From the NCBI GenBank assembly GCA_963745025.1, contig CAVUWD010000003.1, positions 1 to 13,443 of the forward strand: DNA of 13,443 bases, given 5' to 3'. This stretch comes from an uncultured delta proteobacterium. GTDB taxonomy: Bacteria > Desulfobacterota > Binatia > JACPRU01. Shown here piece after piece: positions 7,952 to 13,443 of this stretch (position 1 is its first letter; each line of letters begins with the position of its first letter). The position numbers and the translations under genes were made by a program. The notes below the pieces were generated by a model. The model made no database searches and was not told the origin of the DNA. It saw only the letters and a list, made by a program, of their open reading frames with translations.

Positions 7952-8421
7952 ATCGATTAAACTCTGGCCGCCGAACGCCTCGCGATGGCCTTCGCGGAGC
8001 GTATCCCGGCAAGCACGGCGACCCGCTTGGCGGTTCCGAGCATGCGCTCGACGCGCGCGACGAGCGCATCGAGACCGGCCGAGACGTCGGCCGGCGCCGA
8101 GATGCACACTCAGTAACGTGAACTGGCGAAGCAGCCCGCGCCGGCGGCTCCTACCGCTTGATCGCCAAGATTCCCCACTCGCGACGCTGGCGCGTTTCGC
8201 TGTCCGGCCGTCGCGTCATGGCCGCGGCCCTCAAGCTACGTGAAGTCGCCTATCCGAGTCTTTACGCCGATGCTGCTTGACCTGGACAGAGTCTTCGCAA
8301 AACGCAAAGAAGATACGGACAAAGAATCCCCCCGCGACGATCTCGTGCTACAAGCGTCGTGGGCCTTCGAGCCGGCGCGCCCCTGGGCGCACGACTGGCC
8401 GACCGTCTAGAGGAGAGCGAA

Positions 8422-8811
8422 ATGGCCGTGTTCATGAAGCCCTACTCCGCGCAGCTCTACGCCGTGATGCGCATCATCATCGGGCTGCTGTTCATGAGCC
8501 ACGGAATCGCCAAGATCACCGGCTGGCCGCCCTCGCCACTCATGCCACCCGAGCCGCCGCCTGCGGCATTCATGTACAGCGTCGGCTCGCTCTAGCTGGT
8601 GTTGGGGCTTCTCATCGCGATCGGCCTGTTCACGCGCTGGGCGGCGTTCCTCGCGGCGGGCCAGATGGCGGTGGCCTACTGGGTCGCGCACGGCCTCAAG
8701 GCGTTCCACCCGATCACCAACATGGGCGAGCTCGCGGTCATGTACTGCTTCGTGTTCCTCTTCATCTCCGCCCACGGCGCCGGCATCTGGAGCGTCGACG
8801 GCGAGAAGTAG
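8422..8811 (+). pseudogene. DoxX family membrane protein interrupted by one in-frame TAG (8593-8595)
   Basis: RBS AGGAGAG at 8411-8417; MRIIIGLLFMSHGIAKI ... VGSL*LVLGLLIAIGLFTRWAAFLAAGQMAVAYWVAH ... GELAVMYCFVFL...GAGIWSVD. The stop sits at the conserved Glu position, consistent with GAG>TAG. Confidence 0.9.
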
Positions 8812-8820
8812 CTGGAGTCC

Positions 8821-8850
8821 GGCGTCAAATTGTTGGGCGTCAAGTTGTTG
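8821..8850 (+). repeat. 15-bp tandem repeat (2 copies, 1 mismatch) at the DoxX/panE-like junction
   Basis: GGCGTCAAATTGTTG (8821-8835) + GGCGTCAAGTTGTTG (8836-8850). Confidence 0.85.
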
Positions 8851-8852
8851 CC

Positions 8853-9407
8853 GTGATCACGGTGTTCGACGCCGACGCGCGAGAGATCGCCGCGCGCGGC
8901 ATCGAGGTGGAAAGAGCCCGAGACGGGCGCGCGTTGGAACGCGGCGGTCGTCGCGCAGGCGGGACCGCCGGTCGGCGAGCGCGACGCGATCTTCGCCTGC
9001 GTGCGTGCCCGGATGCGCGCGTCGCCGCCGCGCAGCTCGCCGCCGCGTCGCCGCGGGCGACGATCGTCAACGTCCAGAATGGTCTCGACGGCGACGCGGT
9101 CTTCGCCGAGCGCTTCGCGCGCGTGATCGGCGCCGTGATTCGCCACAACTGCACGCGCGTCGACGCGCGCTTCGCGCGCTCGCAGCGCAACGCGCGCATC
9201 ATCGTCGGCGCATATCCCGAGGGATGCGGCGACGACGCCTTTGCGATCGCCGCGCTGCTGCGCGGCGCCGGCTACGACACCGGCGTCTCGGCGCAGATCG
9301 CCGAGGACCGCTGGCTCAAGCTCTGCGTGAACCTGATGTCGACCCCCAACGCGCTGGTGCGACCTGCCGACCACGAGACGCGCGCCTTCACCGAGGGCAA
9401 GGCGCGC
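8853..9407 (+). pseudogene. Ketopantoate reductase (PanE/ApbA)-family fragment, truncated at both ends, with compensating frameshifts
   Basis: TIVNVQNGLD, IIVGAYPEG and IAEDRWLKLCVNL...PNAL in the main frame; DAIFACVRA lies in another frame (about 8930-9010). No GxGxxG N-terminus. Similarity appears to stop at EGKAR, right where repeat copy C begins. Confidence 0.8.
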
Positions 9408-9408
9408 A

Positions 9409-9498
9409 CCGTAAAAGCGGGCGGTAAGGAGGAATCCGTAGCGTCCGAGATCGCCCGTCTTCATTGATACAACTCGGCCGCTTATAGTTACTAGCCCC
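9409..9498 (+). repeat. Copy C of the repeated element
   Basis: CCGTAAAAGCGGGCG (9409-9423), GCGTCCGAGAT (9441-9451), TACAACTCGGCCGCTTATAGTTACTA (9468-9493). First-block-to-left-arm spacing is 31 nt versus 30 nt in copy A. Confidence 0.8.
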
Positions 9499-9597
9499 AT
9501 GGCGAAGCAGCTGACGGACATCTTCGAGCGCTCGCGAGACTCCTTCCAGCAGCGCCGCTCAGTGTCGCGTTCGCAGTGAAGGGGGAGGAGACATAGT

Positions 9598-10065
9598 ATG
9601 GACCCGGCATACGCTTCCGCATTCGCCGCGCTGGCAGGATCAGCGATCGGTGGGCTTACGTCTTTGACGGCATCGTGGCTGACCCAGCGCACACAAGTCA
9701 GAGCGCAACAAATTGCACACGACGTCGCCACGCGCGAAGACCTGTACAAGGACTTCATCGAAGAAACCTCAACACTTTACGCGGACGCCCTCGAGCATGA
9801 TCAGGCAGATACATCGAGGCTCGTGAGGCTGTACGCTCTCGTGAGCCGGATGCGCGTTCGGTCATCGCCGCCGGTCATCGAAAGCGCGGACAGGATCATG
9901 CAAGTGATTATCGATACGTATCTCGGGCCGAACATCACGCTTCGCGACTTAGCCGCGACGCTTAAGAATAAACAGGCGATGGATCCTTTACGGGAGTTCA
10001 GCGAGGCGTGTCGCGAAGAGTTGCGGAAGCTTGAGTTATCTGGCCCGTCTACGATCCGTCTTTAG
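9598..10065 (+). CDS. Hypothetical protein with an N-terminal hydrophobic helix, 155 aa
   Basis: Strong RBS GGAGGAG just upstream; clean helical ORF MDPAYASAFAALAGSAIGGLTSLTASWLTQ...; no function recognised. Confidence 0.85.
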   Translation: MDPAYASAFAALAGSAIGGLTSLTASWLTQRTQVRAQQIAHDVATREDLYKDFIEETSTLYADALEHDQADTSRLVRLYALVSRMRVRSSPPVIESADRIMQVIIDTYLGPNITLRDLAATLKNKQAMDPLREFSEACREELRKLELSGPSTIRL

Positions 10066-10145
10066 GGTCCCACGCGGTAGAGTAGCGAGCGGGCAAGGTC
10101 CCGTGCAGCCCGCGATGTTGCGGACGTACACGGCTGTGCTCCACC

Positions 10146-10304
10146 ATGGCAGCGGTGTCCCCGAAGGAGCTCCGCCAACTCGTCAGCCGCCTCGAGGCTG
10201 AAGCAGCCTCACGCCCCTGGCTCTACAAGGTCCGCGTCGTCGCTCTAGCCCTCCTTGGGTACGGGTACCTGCTCCTGATCCTCGTCCTGTCGATCGGCCT
10301 GCCG
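10146..10304 (+). pseudogene. N-terminal fragment resembling long M48-family metallopeptidases, fused in frame to the WS/DGAT fragment
   Basis: LVSRLEAEAASRPWLYKVRVVALALLGYGYL resembles the LVxRLExxAxxxPxxYxxRVxxLAxLGY N-terminus of that family; no HExxH follows. Confidence 0.6.
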
Positions 10305-11194
10305 ATTCTCAACGTCATCTATCCATTTCGGCTCGGGCGCGTCATGGGAGAGTCGGTTCCTGCGATGGCGCGGTTGCGGCAGGAGCTCCAAGCACGGGAG
10401 TTCAAGACTCCCGCGCCCGTGCCACGCACCAGCTTCAACGCCACGGTGACGGCACATCGCGTGCTCGATGGGCGCTCCTTCGACCTCAAGACGATTCGCG
10501 CGATGAAGAAAGCGGTGAAGGGTGCGACCGTGAACGACGTGGTGCTGGCGATCTGCGGCGGGTCGCTGCGCAAGTACCTGCAGGACAAGCGCGAGCTTCC
10601 CCGCGAGTCGCTGCTCGCCATGGCGCCGATCTCGGTGCGTACAAAAGCGCAGCGCGGCACGGGCGGAAACCAGGTGAGCGCGATGGTCGTCCCGCTGCAC
10701 ACCGAGATCCATCATCCACTGGAGCGGCTGAATGCCGTGCACGAGGGGGCGGTTCAGTCGAAGGCGTTGACGCAAGCGGTCGGCGCCCGGCTGCTCACGG
10801 ACTACGGCCAATTCATTCCCTCCGCACTGGCCGGCTTGGCAGATAAACTGTACTCGCGCTTCCGCCTCGCCAAAGCACGAACCCGTTCTTCAACACCGTG
10901 GTCACCAACGTTCCGGGGCCGCAGCGACCGCTCTATTTCTGTGGCGCACGCATGGTCACGACCTACGGAATGGGACCGATCGGTGACGGCCTGGGTCTCA
11001 TCCACGGCGTCTTCAGCTACTGCGGGCAGATCACGATCGCGGCTACCTCGTGTCGCAAGCAGATGCCCGATCCGGCCTTCTACGCGAAGTGCCTGCAGGA
11101 CTCTTTCGACGAGATGAAGGCCGCGACGCTCGGGGGGAGCAAGATCGGAAAGCCGGCGGGGCCCGGCGCGCTGCCCGCCGAGACCGCGGTCTGA
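10305..11194 (+). pseudogene. Wax ester synthase/diacylglycerol acyltransferase (WS/DGAT) C-terminal half, frameshifted near 10870-10880
   Basis: PRTSFNATVTAHR, GATVNDVVLAICGGSLRKYL, MAPISVR, GNQVS, HPLERL; then in another frame NPFFNTVVTNVPGPQRPLYFCGA...GLGLIHGVFSYCG to TGA 11192-11194. The catalytic HHxxxDG N-terminal half is absent. Confidence 0.9.
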
Positions 11195-11401
11195 TCGGGG
11201 TGGGCGGCGTGGAGCACGAGATCACCGCGGGCGACCCAGTTACGGACCGACGGCAGGAGGAGTTCGCCCGTCTCGCCGAGATTGTCCGCGCGGATCTCGC
11301 GGATCGCGTCGGCGGCCCGCAGCGGCGGGCGCGCACAACGCCAATGCCAAGAATGCGAGCGCAACGCGCTTCACAAGCTCATCTCCGCGCGTAGCAGCAA
11401 C

Positions 11402-11427
11402 CTCGGCCGCTTATAGTTACTATCCCC
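11402..11427 (+). repeat. Copy D of the repeated element (21-bp exact match to copy C)
   Basis: CTCGGCCGCTTATAGTTACTA (11402-11422) is identical to 9473-9493, and both are followed by NCCCC. A weak upstream block GCCAAGAATGCGAGCG lies at 11346-11361. Confidence 0.9.
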
Positions 11428-11542
11428 CTTTGCTGAGCTTCCCCGAGAGTTCGAGCCGACAGAGAACTGCATCCGCAACTCTGTAGAGGAGGAGCTGAAC
11501 CGGCCGCGCCGCGAGAAGATTCTGAGAACAGCCGCTGTCGTG

Positions 11543-13027
11543 TCAGCGATTCCTGGGCGCACCGGGAATCGACAGACCCTCGAGGTCATCGGTGCCGTCG
11601 ATCACCTGCTCGGCCATCTTGATCTTGTCCTCGATGCGCGCCCCTGCCAGCATCACGATACGCTGCGCCTGCGGGCTGCCCGCTCCGTGCATCGCTTCGA
11701 CCATGGTCGTCACGCTGGTCATGCCCTCGATGTAGCGGCCGTACTTGATGCGCTCCATCACGTCGTATTCCGGCTTGGCCACGTGGTATTTCTTCACCAG
11801 GTGGCCGATCTCCGGGTTGTCGAGCGACTTCGCATCGGGCATGGTCGCCAAGAATCCCCCCGCCAGATCGTGGCTCAGGCGGCCGATCTGATAGACGTTG
11901 CGGGTGATGTTCTGCTTGACCGTGTTGGCCATCATCGGGTCCACCATGAACGAGCCACACGGCAGCGCGTAGCCCATCGCGCTGGCGCCGATCGCCGAGG
12001 CGTAGGTGGTCTCGTTCATGTGGATCATCTCGACCAGCTTGTCGCGCACCACGGCGTTCTTGTCCGTGCCGAGAATCCTCGTCATCTTGGCCGTCGCCCC
12101 GATCAAGACGTCGGCGTTGCCTCCCTTGCAGCCTCCGTAGTTGGCGCGATGCCAGGTTGCGAAATACGTGACCAGCGCCCCGACGTACTTCGCCTCGCCG
12201 TTCAGGAAGATACGATCGTTGGGGACGAACACGTCGTCGAACACGACCATCGCCTCGCCGCCCACGACGCCGAAGCGCGGGTTTCCCGAATCACAGCCCC
12301 GCTCCAACTTACGCGTGTCGTTCGTCTGGCGGCCGAAGATGAAAATGACGCCCGGCGCGTTCGCCGGGACCGCGCAAGCAATCGCATAGTCCCGCTCGTC
12401 GGCACCGAGGGCGGTACCGGGGAGCACGAGGACCTCGTGGGAGTTGATTCCCCCCGTGTTGTGTAGCTTGGCCCCGCGGATCACGACGCCATCGGCCCGG
12501 CGCTCGACGACACGAACGAACTGGTCGGGATCGGCCTGCTCGGCGGGCCGCTTGCTGCGATCGCCCTTGGGATCGGTCATGGCGCCGGCGAGCATGAAGT
12601 CCTCGGCCTGCACACGAGCGAGGTATTTCCTGAAACGCTCGTGGTAATCGGTCTTTTCCGCCTGATCGACCTCGTAGGACACCGCGTACATCGCATTCAG
12701 CGCATCGAGACCCACGCAGCGCTGAAAGCACGTGCCCGTCACCTGCCCGAGCAGGCGCAGCATCTGGATCTTCTTCACCAGATCGTCGGCGCTGAGAAAG
12801 ATGTGGGTGTACCGGTGGACTCGCTCGCCGGTGAGATGGCTCGTCGCCGTCATCACCTCGCGATGCTCTGGTTTGTGCGCCAGCTCGTAGGTCTTGGCGA
12901 CGGTGTTGATGTGCGGCGCCACCAGGGGATGCTTGACGATGCTCGCCACCCGCTCGCCGGCGACGTAGGCGCGGATTTCGAGCGCCCGCAAGCTCTCCAC
13001 GTACTGCTCAGGGGTCTTGAGTGCCAT
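11543..13027 (-). CDS. abfD: 4-hydroxybutyryl-CoA dehydratase / vinylacetyl-CoA delta-isomerase (HpaB-like fold, FAD + [4Fe-4S]), 494 aa
   Basis: TGTCFQRCVGLDALNA (two cluster Cys), MTDPKGDRS, GAKLHNTG, GGEAMVVFD, WHRANYGGCKGG (His/Tyr/Cys/Lys), EAMHGAGSPQAQR. RBS AGAGGAG lies 6 nt before ATG 13027. Confidence 0.92.
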   Translation of the reverse strand: MALKTPEQYVESLRALEIRAYVAGERVASIVKHPLVAPHINTVAKTYELAHKPEHREVMTATSHLTGERVHRYTHIFLSADDLVKKIQMLRLLGQVTGTCFQRCVGLDALNAMYAVSYEVDQAEKTDYHERFRKYLARVQAEDFMLAGAMTDPKGDRSKRPAEQADPDQFVRVVERRADGVVIRGAKLHNTGGINSHEVLVLPGTALGADERDYAIACAVPANAPGVIFIFGRQTNDTRKLERGCDSGNPRFGVVGGEAMVVFDDVFVPNDRIFLNGEAKYVGALVTYFATWHRANYGGCKGGNADVLIGATAKMTRILGTDKNAVVRDKLVEMIHMNETTYASAIGASAMGYALPCGSFMVDPMMANTVKQNITRNVYQIGRLSHDLAGGFLATMPDAKSLDNPEIGHLVKKYHVAKPEYDVMERIKYGRYIEGMTSVTTMVEAMHGAGSPQAQRIVMLAGARIEDKIKMAEQVIDGTDDLEGLSIPGAPRNR

Positions 13028-13443
13028 GATCATCTCCTCTCGAACTGCCGGGTGGGCGCATGCCGCGCCGACACCCCCAGCTCCTGCTTCATCCCGCGTC
13101 GAGCGGTCGAAACGGTGACGGTGCGTCGGCCTCTCTTGGTTTGATGGGCACGTGCCCTCGCGGTTCGACCTTCACTACGTCCGCGCGAGCGGCTTTGTCA
13201 ACGTCGATGAGCCCATGCGATGCGTGGCTGAGGCGGAGAAGCGGATCGGCTGCGACCGCGCGAGCTGGCTCGGAGGACGCGCCTGTGCGCCGAGCCCCGT
13301 GTCGGTCGCGAGGCTTGCCGATCGCAGGAGGATGGTCACGGCTGGGCGGGTCTGCGCCAGATGGACTGCCGTCTCGCATTCCCGCTCGAACTGAAACGCC
13401 TCAGCGGTTTTGATTCCCGTTGTGCCTGGCCCACCTGCGTTGC

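Noticed and set aside
5097-7960. Long plus-strand ORFs 5097-6383, 6490-7161 and 6872-7960
   Set aside because: Arg/Pro/Ala-rich antisense shadows of the minus-strand genes, typical of high-GC DNA; only the zwf piece inside 6490-7161 is supported.
8093-8250. Possible further dif-like remnants (GGCGCCGAGAT...TAACGTGAACT at 8093-8124; CTACGTGAAGT at 8236-8246)
   Set aside because: Arms are 10 nt apart rather than 6 and the flanking blocks are not convincingly present; left uncalled pending a profile search.
8277-9467. 396-aa ORF as a single gene
   Set aside because: Composite: the 5' half is an off-frame read of DoxX; only the 3' part is the PanE-like fragment.
9499-9579. 26-codon ORF MAKQLTDIFERSRDSFQQRRSVSRSQ after repeat copy C
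   Set aside because: Too short and without a recognisable motif or RBS; could be another remnant but is unsupported.
9473-11422. 21-bp repeats as a CRISPR array or an rRNA/I-CeuI-like sequence
   Set aside because: Copies are kilobases apart with no regular spacers; resemblance to 23S rRNA (GTAACTATAA on the minus strand) is only about 10 bp.
11540-12466. 308-aa plus-strand ORF
   Set aside because: Antisense shadow of abfD.
13060-13413. Short overlapping ORFs upstream of abfD
   Set aside because: No recognisable motif or RBS in any frame; possibly more decayed fragments, but nothing supportable.

Overview
GC-rich bacterial window of accessory character; gene content is loosely reminiscent of Deltaproteobacteria/Ca. 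Binatia (inference only). Apparently intact genes: a class III cyclase-FHA protein, a RimJ/RimL-type GNAT, a 1127-aa zinc-ribbon/class III cyclase/STAND-ATPase/TPR protein, a secreted Cys-rich Kazal-domain protein, three hypothetical genes and a 4-hydroxybutyryl-CoA dehydratase (abfD). Two things stand out. (1) A degenerate, directly repeated non-coding element occurs at least four times (about 1-200, 1131-1215 continuing at 1762-1850, 9409-9498, 11346-11427). Its best copy contains an 11-6-11 dif-like (XerC/D-type) core, and copies sit at gene breakpoints. (2) The spaces between genes are filled with short, decayed pieces of unrelated genes: FtsH-type AAA, pterin-carbinolamine dehydratase, G6P dehydrogenase, ketopantoate reductase, an M48-like N-terminus fused to a WS/DGAT C-half, and a nonsense-mutated DoxX. 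Together these suggest a dif-associated gene-capture or cassette-accretion locus. No recombinase, RNA gene or CRISPR array is visible. All family assignments come from motif recognition by eye, not from database searches.
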